Shown: positions 1 to 8,565, counted from the stretch's first letter. The stretch: DNA of 11,963 nucleotides from Promethearchaeota archaeon (GCA_048941265.1 JBHLNT010000125.1:1-11963); one strand, 5' to 3'. The notes: a model not told the origin generated them from the sequence alone. Translations and numbers: made by a program.

Positions 1-23
1 CATTTTACCATAGGGAATTAACA

Positions 24-704
24 ATGAAAGTTGAAGATTTGAATTTAGAAAAAAATATCAGAATAAATGCTAAAAGTGATGCCTTAATCATTGTTGATAT
101 GCAAAATGATTTTATCCCGGGAGGAGCGTTACCTGTAGAAGAAGGTGATTTAATAGTAGAGGGGATCAATGAAATTGCTAAAAAATTTAAAAAAAACCAT
201 GGATTTGTGGTAGTAACTCAAGATTGGCATCCAAAAAATCATAAATCTTTTGCTAGTAGTCATCCGGGAAAAAATCCCGGAGACGAGTATCAATCAGAGG
301 GAATAGGACCAATTCTATGGCCAGATCATTGTGTACAAAATACAAAAGGAGCAGAATTTCATAAAGCTCTTGAAATTGCTTTAGCTAATAAAATAATACA
401 GAAAGGTATGAATCCTGAAATAGATAGTTATTCAGGCTTTCTAGATAATGATAAAAAAAATAAGACTGGATTAGCAGATTATTTGAAATCTGTTAATATT
501 AAACGTATTTTTATTTGTGGATTAGCGTTAGATTATTGTTGTTATTTTACAGCTATGGATGGTGTCGATTTTGGTTTTGAAGTTTATTTTCTTATTGATC
601 TCGCTAAAGGAATTGATTTACCTCCCGGAAATATTTCAGTTTCTTTAGAAAATATGACAAAGAAGGGCATAAAATTCGCAAGCAGTAAGGAGAGTTTTAA
701 TTAA
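24..704 (+). CDS. pncA: Nicotinamidase/pyrazinamidase (isochorismatase-like cysteine hydrolase)
   Basis: Full motif set visible: ALIIVDMQNDFIPGGAL (catalytic Asp), TQDWHP..H (metal ligands), LWPDHCVQ, IIQKG (catalytic Lys), DSYSGF, GLALDYCC (catalytic Cys). Confidence 0.95.
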   Translation: MKVEDLNLEKNIRINAKSDALIIVDMQNDFIPGGALPVEEGDLIVEGINEIAKKFKKNHGFVVVTQDWHPKNHKSFASSHPGKNPGDEYQSEGIGPILWPDHCVQNTKGAEFHKALEIALANKIIQKGMNPEIDSYSGFLDNDKKNKTGLADYLKSVNIKRIFICGLALDYCCYFTAMDGVDFGFEVYFLIDLAKGIDLPPGNISVSLENMTKKGIKFASSKESFN

Positions 705-893
705 ATCTGTCTTTTTCGTATTTGACTATATTAATGGATTAGTATATCCTATAACTTATTGGACTAAATCATTGAATATATAAATGTCTAACAAATAATT
801 TAAGTAATATTCTTCAATACAATAGAAATTTATCGATAATGTGAAATTATTATTACCCCTCCCATAACTGCCAAGATAATTTATAATAGCGTA

Positions 894-2489
894 GTGAATA
901 AGAAAATAAGTAAATCAGCAGCTTTAGAACTTTTAGTTTCATTAATTGACAATAGTGATAATTATAAAACTAGGTTCGAAAGTCTAGAAATTATTGATAG
1001 AATTGCTTATAAAAAAAAGGGGATTTTTAAATATCTTGAAAATTGTTTATTATCTGATGAAAATCCAAAAGTAAGAGCATCTGCTGCTAAATTAATTTTT
1101 AAAAATTTCTTGGAGGAGGGATTTTCATCATTAAAATGGACAATCTCTTATGATAATTCCGCTTTAGTATTAAAAACGTTGCACGATCTGTTTAAAGGAG
1201 GTAATGAACATTCTATCAATAAATTAAAAAGAGATTTAAACCAAAGATTATCAGTAATTTATGGAGTGGTTTCTGAAGAAGCACTATTTCTTTTAGACTT
1301 AGAATTAAGTGTTAATTTTTTTAATACCAATTACTTTAAGATTTATTCTTCGAATACTGTAAATGGCGTGATTGACGGTAATTATATGATGTGTGCTATA
1401 AAAAATAAGCATATTGTAGCATTAAATCTAAGTAATTGGGGATTGAATATTATACCAGAATCAATTAGTTCACTTTCTAAATTAAAACATTTAATTTTAA
1501 AAAATAACAATATCGAGACATTACCACAGTCAATTGGACTGCTTCGTGGCTTAAGAACACTTGATTTAAGTAAATGCAAAATAACTACTCTTCCTGATTC
1601 CTTAATTAATCTTCACATGCTTAAAAAATTATCATTGAATCGTAATCATAAATTAGAAGTAATTCCGCAATCCATAATATTTATAGCGAAAAAATACTTC
1701 AGTAAAAAATATATTTGGGAAGGAGTAACTTCAAGCGACGCTTTTGTATTAGGTCTTTTAGAAATTCTTACTGGCCTCAAACTAAAAAGACTTAGAGATG
1801 ATGAATTAATCCTCTATCGCAAAAAAGCACGCCACTATAAAATAAATAATAACGGTAAAGTTACTGGAATTTATCTTTTTCATTCACAGTTATCAAATTT
1901 AACATTAATCCCGGAACAATTATGTTCTTTAGAGTGTTTACAGGATCTTGAGTTGCCAAACAATGACATCAAAGTTATTCCAAAATCAATACAGAAATTA
2001 ACTATGCTTAAACGTCTGAATTTAAGAAATAATATTATCGAAGAAATCCCCGAATCATTAAATGATCTGAAAAATTTGAATTGTTTAAAACTATCAGGTA
2101 ATAGAATTGAAAAACCACCTGACTGGTTAAAATTCAAAATGGATAAGAAAGAAAGTATGGACGATCTTAATGGATTTAAAAGATACTTTTTTGGCATTCC
2201 GTTTAGTGAAATTATTCGAAAAATTCCAGAGAAAAATGTTATGAACACTACTGATATATATGAAACCCTCAATGAAGTGAAAGACATCTGTCTAGTGTGT
2301 AGAGACAAGGTTTTACGATTTAATAGTTTTATATGTGAATGTGCTACTATATATTGTCAAAATTGTGCTCGGGCATTAAGTAAGTTAGAAAAAGAGGGTT
2401 GGACTCGGCAGTTTCCATTCGACAATTCTAATCCTATGAAGCACTATGGGAAACTAGAAGAAAAACTGGAACCCGAGAAGAAAGTTTAA
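894..2489 (+). CDS. HEAT-repeat + leucine-rich-repeat protein with C-terminal Cys-rich (RING-like) Zn-binding segment
   Basis: N-terminal HEAT-like LENCLLSDENPKVRASAAKLI. Two blocks of LxxLxLxxN repeats (e.g. LSKLKHLILKNNNIETLPQSIG, LTMLKRLNLRNNIIEEIPESLN). C-terminal CLVC..CEC..YCQNC. The GTG start at 894 is uncertain. Confidence 0.88.
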   Translation: MNKKISKSAALELLVSLIDNSDNYKTRFESLEIIDRIAYKKKGIFKYLENCLLSDENPKVRASAAKLIFKNFLEEGFSSLKWTISYDNSALVLKTLHDLFKGGNEHSINKLKRDLNQRLSVIYGVVSEEALFLLDLELSVNFFNTNYFKIYSSNTVNGVIDGNYMMCAIKNKHIVALNLSNWGLNIIPESISSLSKLKHLILKNNNIETLPQSIGLLRGLRTLDLSKCKITTLPDSLINLHMLKKLSLNRNHKLEVIPQSIIFIAKKYFSKKYIWEGVTSSDAFVLGLLEILTGLKLKRLRDDELILYRKKARHYKINNNGKVTGIYLFHSQLSNLTLIPEQLCSLECLQDLELPNNDIKVIPKSIQKLTMLKRLNLRNNIIEEIPESLNDLKNLNCLKLSGNRIEKPPDWLKFKMDKKESMDDLNGFKRYFFGIPFSEIIRKIPEKNVMNTTDIYETLNEVKDICLVCRDKVLRFNSFICECATIYCQNCARALSKLEKEGWTRQFPFDNSNPMKHYGKLEEKLEPEKKV

Positions 2490-2556
2490 AAAATTGGTTC
2501 TCAATATAACTATTTATCTGTAAAAATTCAGAAATCTTCAAACTTTTAAAAATATC

Positions 2557-2583
2557 TTTAATTAATATTATTTAATTAATATT
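2557..2583. repeat. Tandem direct repeat TTTAATTAATATT x2 upstream of the phosphatase gene
   Basis: Identical 13-mers at 2557-2569 and 2571-2583. They are entirely A/T, so low complexity. Confidence 0.4.
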
Positions 2584-2601
2584 GATTAAATTTCGGGATA
2601 T

Positions 2602-3105
2602 ATGAATAATAAATTTCCTTACAAATCAATACTTATCGTGTGCAGCGTTAATACTGCTAGATCAAGAATGACCGAAGGTTACCTTAAAAATTTCTGTTAT
2701 GAAAACAATCTAAATGTCGAAATTAACTCAGGGGGAATTGCTTCTAATGCTAGAGACGGAATGCTAATATCAATGGACGCACATATGGCCATGAGGGAAG
2801 AAGGAATTGATCTCTCTGAAACAGCATTATCTGTGGATCTAAAGAAAAAAGAACATCAACATCTCATCGAAAAAGCAGATTTAATTTTAACTTTAACCAA
2901 TCAGCATAAAGATCAGATAAAAAAATATATTAAATCAAATAATAAACACGTTTTTACGTTAAAAGAATTTGCCGGTGAATGCGGAAATATCCCAGATCCC
3001 TCAATGAAAGGAATAGAAGGGTTTAGAATAGCGCGGGATGAGATAAAAGATTGTTTAACTAAAGGTTTGAATAATTTAGGCTTTAAACTCATTCAGGAAC
3101 GCTAA
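2602..3105 (+). CDS. Low-molecular-weight protein phosphatase family (YwlE/PtpB-like)
   Basis: N-terminal P-loop ILIVCSVNTARS (C-x5-R-S), SGG, ADLILTL, and the general-acid motif NIPDP. Confidence 0.9.
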   Translation: MNNKFPYKSILIVCSVNTARSRMTEGYLKNFCYENNLNVEINSGGIASNARDGMLISMDAHMAMREEGIDLSETALSVDLKKKEHQHLIEKADLILTLTNQHKDQIKKYIKSNNKHVFTLKEFAGECGNIPDPSMKGIEGFRIARDEIKDCLTKGLNNLGFKLIQER

Positions 3106-3136
3106 AAAAATGAGACAGTAAAAAAAGTTATTCTTC

Positions 3137-4585
3137 TCACTCTTTAAATCCCATTTGTTTATGTACTGATTTGATTTTCTTTTTCCTTTCTTTTCTTTTT
3201 AACTTTTTTAGTCTTTTTTTCTTTTCTTCTTCTAGGAATTCCTCCATCTTTTCTAATTTAGTCTTTTTTCTAATCGCAATTGATTGAGAAAATTGTCTAA
3301 TCATCGATTCTGTTCTCCTAATCTCTTTTTTTACAGTCTCACCTGTTTTACGACCGACACGACTGAATTGTACCATGATCCACTCAGGGGAGCCTATGCC
3401 CTTAGCGTAGGTATTCCATATATACATAAAAAATCCCATAAAGCCCACGAATGCAAAAATAGCAAATAAGAACACAACAATATTTAGCTGTCTTAAAAAT
3501 AATCCTGCAAACATCAAATGGATTAAAAATAGACTTAAAGATATTTTTCCATAGTAAATCAACATTCTTATGAACTTGTTATCTCGATCGTGAAGGTCAA
3601 TAAAATAGAAACTAATTGCTATTATTACGAGGCCTGCACCAAGATTATAGAACATATTCGCTGAGGTGCTTCTAATAAGAAATTCTGGGATCCCTTTAAA
3701 GTGATAAATATCTTGTTGGTTCATGACTTCTAATAGATGTAAATGAACATATTCATCTACTTCCATATTATCAAAATTTCGTAATCGAAGTCCTATAGAG
3801 ACTCCAAAAATCACAAATACAATCCCCCAAAATAAAAAGATTCGAAATAATACAACATAATCTTGATGGGTTCCTTTTATCATTGCCTCATAAAGGTATT
3901 CTCCAAATATTGTAGACAAAAAACATATTGAGATCCATGGTAAAACTGGTAATTGTGGTGCTGGAGAAGTTATAATAAAATGTAATGTCCAAATTAATAT
4001 GTTAGAATCTTTACCAAGGAATAGAAATTCTCTTAATGGCGGAGAGATTAAAATAATTGCGACACCAATTATTGCTCTGTAAGATTTTTTCAACTTTAAA
4101 GCATAATAAGATGCTATTTGAGAAAAACCTAAGAACATTAAAATATTCCAACCCCATAATACTAAAGGAAATGGAGGTCTATAAACCGCCTGGTTCAACC
4201 CTGCCAAATTCATGATCACCCCTATAAACATAATCGTAAAACCTCTCGAAAATACTCTATTTCTTATAACTTTTCTTGGCAGAACACCCTCCTTATTTTT
4301 TATACTAAAAATAACACTGAGTGCTGAAAGGTAAACGAAGAGAGATGGACCTAAAATATCTAAAGCACAGAATAATATAGCGTATACATACAGCCAATCA
4401 TTGTCCAACCATGCTTCAGCGATATGCGCCATCATAATCATAATAATCGCAAGCCCTTTGACAAAATCGATACTCCTGATTCTCTTTGGACTCGCATAGT
4501 CGAGTAATTCGTCCATAGGAATTGATTGGCGAAGATAATCAAATAGCGGAGGCGATTCCATTTCGATTTCAGCATCTGATGTCAT
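3137..4585 (-). CDS. DUF1624 / HGSNAT-catalytic-domain-like integral membrane acyltransferase
   Basis: N-terminal RIRSIDFVKGLAIIMIMMAH motif typical of this family, about 10-11 hydrophobic segments, PVLPW and YGKISLSLFLIH motifs, and a basic C-terminal tail. Start uncertain (TTG 4594, ATG 4585 or a downstream Met). Confidence 0.78.
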   Translation of the reverse strand: MTSDAEIEMESPPLFDYLRQSIPMDELLDYASPKRIRSIDFVKGLAIIMIMMAHIAEAWLDNDWLYVYAILFCALDILGPSLFVYLSALSVIFSIKNKEGVLPRKVIRNRVFSRGFTIMFIGVIMNLAGLNQAVYRPPFPLVLWGWNILMFLGFSQIASYYALKLKKSYRAIIGVAIILISPPLREFLFLGKDSNILIWTLHFIITSPAPQLPVLPWISICFLSTIFGEYLYEAMIKGTHQDYVVLFRIFLFWGIVFVIFGVSIGLRLRNFDNMEVDEYVHLHLLEVMNQQDIYHFKGIPEFLIRSTSANMFYNLGAGLVIIAISFYFIDLHDRDNKFIRMLIYYGKISLSLFLIHLMFAGLFLRQLNIVVFLFAIFAFVGFMGFFMYIWNTYAKGIGSPEWIMVQFSRVGRKTGETVKKEIRRTESMIRQFSQSIAIRKKTKLEKMEEFLEEEKKKRLKKLKRKERKKKIKSVHKQMGFKE

Positions 4586-4754
4586 AATTTTCAACAGAAA
4601 CTATTTTTATTATTTTATTTTAATAAATTGGACCAAAATCCTTTTATAATTAAAGCTTAGAAATTGTAATTTCTATCAATTTTTATTATTATTAATTAAA
4701 ACAAACTTATATAAAAAAATAGAAGTAATCTTTATTCTTGAAAATTTCATTAAC

Positions 4755-4780
4755 AACTCAAGAACTCTCTTACTTGAGTT
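4755..4780. repeat. Intergenic perfect inverted repeat AACTCAAG-N10-CTTGAGTT
   Basis: The arms at 4755-4762 and 4773-4780 are exact reverse complements. Function unknown. Confidence 0.55.
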
Positions 4781-4816
4781 AGACTAATACCCTAAAATAA
4801 TTCTTTAACTTGAAAA

Positions 4817-5704
4817 TTAAAACAAGCTTAGTATAAAATCAGCTAAAATAGAATCAATATTTTTTATCCCTCTTAAACCGGGAAAATCATTTAAATCAAT
4901 TAAATAAAATAGATCATCTTTTAAACTTTTGAGTAAATCAAATCCAAAGATCTTCAGCTTTAATTCTCTTGAAAGAATTTTAGCTAAAATTTTCAGGTTT
5001 TTAGGAACCTTAAATTCATCCCGAGAAATATTATCAACATCAATGGACTCAGGATTTTCTCTCAAATAGATATAGATCGGATTTTCTCTTTTAATTCCAA
5101 AGATTTTATCTCCTATCACATAAACTTTTCGGTCAATCCCGTCGCATTCAATGAATTCCTGGATATAAACATCGTAATATAAAAAATTTGAGTACATTTT
5201 ACAGAATTTTTCCAATTCCTCTATTTCTTTTACTAAAAAATTAAACCTCATATATTTATCGTGTTGAAAATGGCTTTTAATTACTATAGGCAATTTATTC
5301 TTAGCCCATTCTTTAAATCTATCAAAATTTTTTAAATTCTGAGTCCAAGATTTTGGTACTGAAATATTCTTAAAATCTGCTAAATTTTCATTAAAAACCT
5401 TTCTTAAAGCATGATCTAGTGCTACTTTATCCTTACACATTAAGACTGTATCAATGTCATGTAAGGTTGGAATATTATAGAGTTTGGCAAAATGAAGTAA
5501 ATCAAGAGAACATTGGCTACCAATTTTAACAATAAACATATCAGCATCTCCAAATAATCTCGGTAAATCTTCTAAATCCAAAAAATCTTTAGTAGGATCA
5601 TGTAAGACAAGATTAATATCTCTAATTTTCTTTTTTAAAATTGGTATTACTCTTTTTATTACATCATGTTCTAAATTCGCAGAAAATACTACTTTTTTTG
5701 CCAT
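4817..5704 (-). CDS. ATP-grasp kinase, inositol-1,3,4-trisphosphate 5/6-kinase (ITPK1)-like
   Basis: ATP-grasp motifs PIVIKS, IQEFI, DRKVYVIG, LKIFGFDLL and YLIDLNDFPG. The D-x-N-x-F-P-G ending matches ITPK1 rather than the E-V-N of RimK/LysX. ATG at 5704 (MAKKVVF) is preferred over the TTG at 5728. The fold is secure; the subfamily is inferred from motifs. Confidence 0.72.
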   Translation of the reverse strand: MAKKVVFSANLEHDVIKRVIPILKKKIRDINLVLHDPTKDFLDLEDLPRLFGDADMFIVKIGSQCSLDLLHFAKLYNIPTLHDIDTVLMCKDKVALDHALRKVFNENLADFKNISVPKSWTQNLKNFDRFKEWAKNKLPIVIKSHFQHDKYMRFNFLVKEIEELEKFCKMYSNFLYYDVYIQEFIECDGIDRKVYVIGDKIFGIKRENPIYIYLRENPESIDVDNISRDEFKVPKNLKILAKILSRELKLKIFGFDLLKSLKDDLFYLIDLNDFPGLRGIKNIDSILADFILSLF

Positions 5705-5804
5705 AATTAAGAGATAAAATGTTTTCAAAATTCATAAATCTTTATTAAAAGAAAATTCCAATATAGCAATAATTAAACGATTAAATAATTAATTGGGATA
5801 TTAA

Positions 5805-7100
5805 ATGGAAAAAATCGATAAAAAAGAACCAATAGAAAAATTACCTAAAGAAATAAGGAAAATTGCATTAATAGTAGGGATAATGCTCGCAGGAAGCACC
5901 ATTTTCGGTTATTTTGAGGCATCCTTCTTCAATACCTACTTAGATCATATCTTAAATTTACCATATTATTATATATCCATTATGGTATCACTTTCAGCTA
6001 CTATGGGATTGATTTGGATGATAATCTGGGGTATTAAAAGCGATAATACTCGCTCAAAATTCGGTCGAAGAAGACCCTATTTATTGTTTGGGTTTATAGC
6101 CGGTATTGCAATGATTGCGTTTGCGTTTGCAGAAAATTTTCTAATGTGCATAATTTTAGATGTAATTATCATTGGAATTGCCTCGAACGCATATTATGTG
6201 GCTCAGAGAGCATTAATACCAGATCTAATTGAACCTGAATATCGAGGGCGAGCTAATGGAATTGCCGGAGCATTAGGGAACATTGGGTTATTAATTGCTA
6301 TTGGATTAACCTTAGTAGCAAATGAAATTTATACTATAAAAAGAGGTACAGGAAACATCATAACCCGGGAGGGCCATTTATTTTTATTCATCATTGGAGG
6401 TGTGGCAATAATTCTCTGCGGTATTATTGGTTTTACCCTTTTGAAAGAATCACCGGCCTCAGAATTGCCTCCGAAAAAAACTTTTATGGTTGAGCTAAAA
6501 GAGATTTTTGATCTGGAAGAATTCAGAAGGCAAAATCAGTTTTTTAGAATTGTTTTAGCACAAACTATTTTTAGAGCTCATATCTATGTAGTACTTCCGT
6601 TCCTATTTAATTATTTATTCTCACTGGCATTGACTACACTTGAATTCCTTTCAATTATAGCAGTTTCTACTCCATTAATCATATTAGTAATGATAATCCT
6701 AGGAAAAGTTGCTGATAAATTTGGCCGAAAAGCTTCAGTTGCCCCCGGAATTATCATCGCTAGCATAGGATTCTTCACAATGCCACTTGCTTTATTTTAT
6801 CCTCAATACAAAATGGTAATTCTGCTAGTTGCGATGCCTCTAATGTTAATAGGGCTTCTAGGGCTTGACGTACCTCTTGCTGCCTGGTCACAAGATCTCC
6901 TTCCAGAAGACAAAAGAGGTAAATTCATAGGAATTTTAAATGTAGTTAGTACGATATCGCAGGTTATAGGGGTAATAGTAGGGGGTATTATTGCAACAGT
7001 TTATGGTCTTGTGTGGGTATTTGCATTTGCCCCTATATTTTCATTAGGCTCCATTATTCTTTTTAGGAGAGTAAGAGAAACCTTGATAACTGAAGATTAA
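5805..7100 (+). CDS. MFS transporter, glycoside/sugar (GPH/SLC45/MalA-like) type
   Basis: About 12 hydrophobic segments, loop motif SDNTRSKFGRRRPY, second-half motif GKVADKFGRK, and QDLLPEDKRGK. Confidence 0.93.
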   Translation: MEKIDKKEPIEKLPKEIRKIALIVGIMLAGSTIFGYFEASFFNTYLDHILNLPYYYISIMVSLSATMGLIWMIIWGIKSDNTRSKFGRRRPYLLFGFIAGIAMIAFAFAENFLMCIILDVIIIGIASNAYYVAQRALIPDLIEPEYRGRANGIAGALGNIGLLIAIGLTLVANEIYTIKRGTGNIITREGHLFLFIIGGVAIILCGIIGFTLLKESPASELPPKKTFMVELKEIFDLEEFRRQNQFFRIVLAQTIFRAHIYVVLPFLFNYLFSLALTTLEFLSIIAVSTPLIILVMIILGKVADKFGRKASVAPGIIIASIGFFTMPLALFYPQYKMVILLVAMPLMLIGLLGLDVPLAAWSQDLLPEDKRGKFIGILNVVSTISQVIGVIVGGIIATVYGLVWVFAFAPIFSLGSIILFRRVRETLITED

Positions 7101-7106
7101 CTTCAA

Positions 7107-7121
7107 TTTTTTTTATTTTTT
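7107..7121 (+). terminator. Putative oligo-T (archaeal-type) terminator after the first MFS gene
   Basis: Two long T runs start a few bases after the TAA at 7100, with no GC-rich hairpin. Confidence 0.45.
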
Positions 7122-7256
7122 TAAATTTCTATTTACTTTTTACGTAGGATTCTAATTTTTAAAAGTATTAAATTTCTTTTTATAATTCATGCATTAAGTT
7201 CAATTAATATTGAATAATTAATTATGAAAAACAACCAATTCATTTGGGGATTTTAT

Positions 7257-8549
7257 ATGAATAAAACTGAAGATGAAAAAATCTTTACTAAAGAACTGAA
7301 GATACAGACCTTTATTATAGGAATTATTTTCGCGGCTGATATGATTTTTGGCTTTGCTGAGCAGAATTTCCTCAATACTTATCTTATTCATGTTTTGGGC
7401 TTAACAGAAATCCATGTTGCGATTATGGTTTCGTTATCTGCAATTATGGGACTTATTTTCCTTTTAGTATGGGGAATTATTTCGGATAATACTCGTTCTA
7501 AATCTGGGAGAAGAAAGCCCTATTTACTTATCGGAGGAATTATATCTGGTATAGCAATGATTATTTATGCATTTTCTCCAAATTTTTACTGGGCTTTATT
7601 TTTAGATGTAGTGATAATTGGAATTTTTTCTAATGCATACTTTGCGGGTGAAAGAGCGCTCATTCCCGATTCAATTGAACCAGAATTACGCGGGAGAGCA
7701 AATGGAATTATACAATCGTTTGCGAATTTAGGAATTTTACTCGCTGTAGCAATTTTTTTAATTTCATATGAATTATTTGCAATTGATAATCCAAAAGGCT
7801 CTGGAACAATTTTAACTCAAGAAGGTCATTTATTTGTTCTTGGAATAGGAGGCATCACTTTCGCTTTATGTGGAATAATTGGATTTATTTTTATCAAAGA
7901 AAAACCGGTTACAGATTTACCCCCTAAAAAAAAATTTTTTACTGAGCTTAGAGAAATTATAGACATTGAAGAATTTAAAGAACAAAAAGAATTTTATAAA
8001 ATCACATTGGCCTATTTAATATTCCAAACGGGGATCGGGTGTATCTTACCTTTTCTATTCATATATTTATTCGCTTTAGGTCTAACAACTTTAGAACTCT
8101 TAATGGCAATTGGTATGGGTTTTCCTATATTAATAATTGTTACAGTATATCTTGGAAAGATAGCTGATAAACATGGTCGAAAAAAATATGTTCCTGCGAT
8201 AATTATTTTCATCAGTATTGGTGTATTTTCAACTAGTTTTGTGAGGACTGAAGCTGGTGTAAATTTACTCCTGTTTTTTATCCTTTTTCCGTTTATACTA
8301 GTGGCTATATTAGGAATTCGAGCAATACTGGATACTTGGTCTCAAGATTTATTGCCTCCGGATAAGAGAGGTAAATTTTTCGGTATCTTAAATATAGTAT
8401 TTACACTATCACAGATTGTAGGTGCAATAACAGCAGGATTAGTAGCTACCGTTTTTGGATTAGATTGGATCTTTGCGTTAGGAACAGTATTTTTCTTGAT
8501 TTCGATTTTATTTTTTCTGAGAGTTGAGGAAACTTTAGTAGTTAAATAA
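7257..8549 (+). CDS. MFS transporter, paralogue of 5805-7100
   Basis: SDNTRSKSGRRKPY, GKIADKHGRK and QDLLPPDKRGK, collinear with the upstream MFS. ATG 7257 gives the same N-terminal length as the paralogue; ATG 7224 is the alternative. Confidence 0.92.
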   Translation: MNKTEDEKIFTKELKIQTFIIGIIFAADMIFGFAEQNFLNTYLIHVLGLTEIHVAIMVSLSAIMGLIFLLVWGIISDNTRSKSGRRKPYLLIGGIISGIAMIIYAFSPNFYWALFLDVVIIGIFSNAYFAGERALIPDSIEPELRGRANGIIQSFANLGILLAVAIFLISYELFAIDNPKGSGTILTQEGHLFVLGIGGITFALCGIIGFIFIKEKPVTDLPPKKKFFTELREIIDIEEFKEQKEFYKITLAYLIFQTGIGCILPFLFIYLFALGLTTLELLMAIGMGFPILIIVTVYLGKIADKHGRKKYVPAIIIFISIGVFSTSFVRTEAGVNLLLFFILFPFILVAILGIRAILDTWSQDLLPPDKRGKFFGILNIVFTLSQIVGAITAGLVATVFGLDWIFALGTVFFLISILFFLRVEETLVVK

Positions 8550-8565
8550 TTTAAATTATGTTTTT

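Noticed and set aside
263-281. Perfect hairpin TCCGGGA-AAAAA-TCCCGGA in pncA
   Set aside because: It is explained by the Pro-Gly-Lys-Asn-Pro-Gly coding sequence, and nothing independent supports an RNA element.
24-704. Functional link between PncA (NAD salvage) and NAD-dependent MIPS
   Set aside because: The genes are about 9 kb apart with unrelated genes between them, and MIPS recycles bound NAD catalytically.
1382-2308. Minus-strand ORFs 1382-1579 and 1880-2308
   Set aside because: They are antisense shadows inside the LRR gene with no recognisable motifs.
2602-3105. Arsenate reductase (thioredoxin-coupled ArsC) assignment
   Set aside because: The downstream redox Cys pair expected after the DLxxTL strand is absent (TLTNQHK), and there are no ars genes nearby.
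3284-3469. 61-aa plus-strand ORF
   Set aside because: It lies antisense within the acyltransferase CDS and has no motif support.
4817-5728. RimK/LysX ligase assignment
   Set aside because: It lacks the E-V-N motif and the Gly-rich loop; the motifs fit ITPK1 better.
8012-8212. 66-aa minus-strand ORF
   Set aside because: It is an antisense shadow of the second MFS gene.
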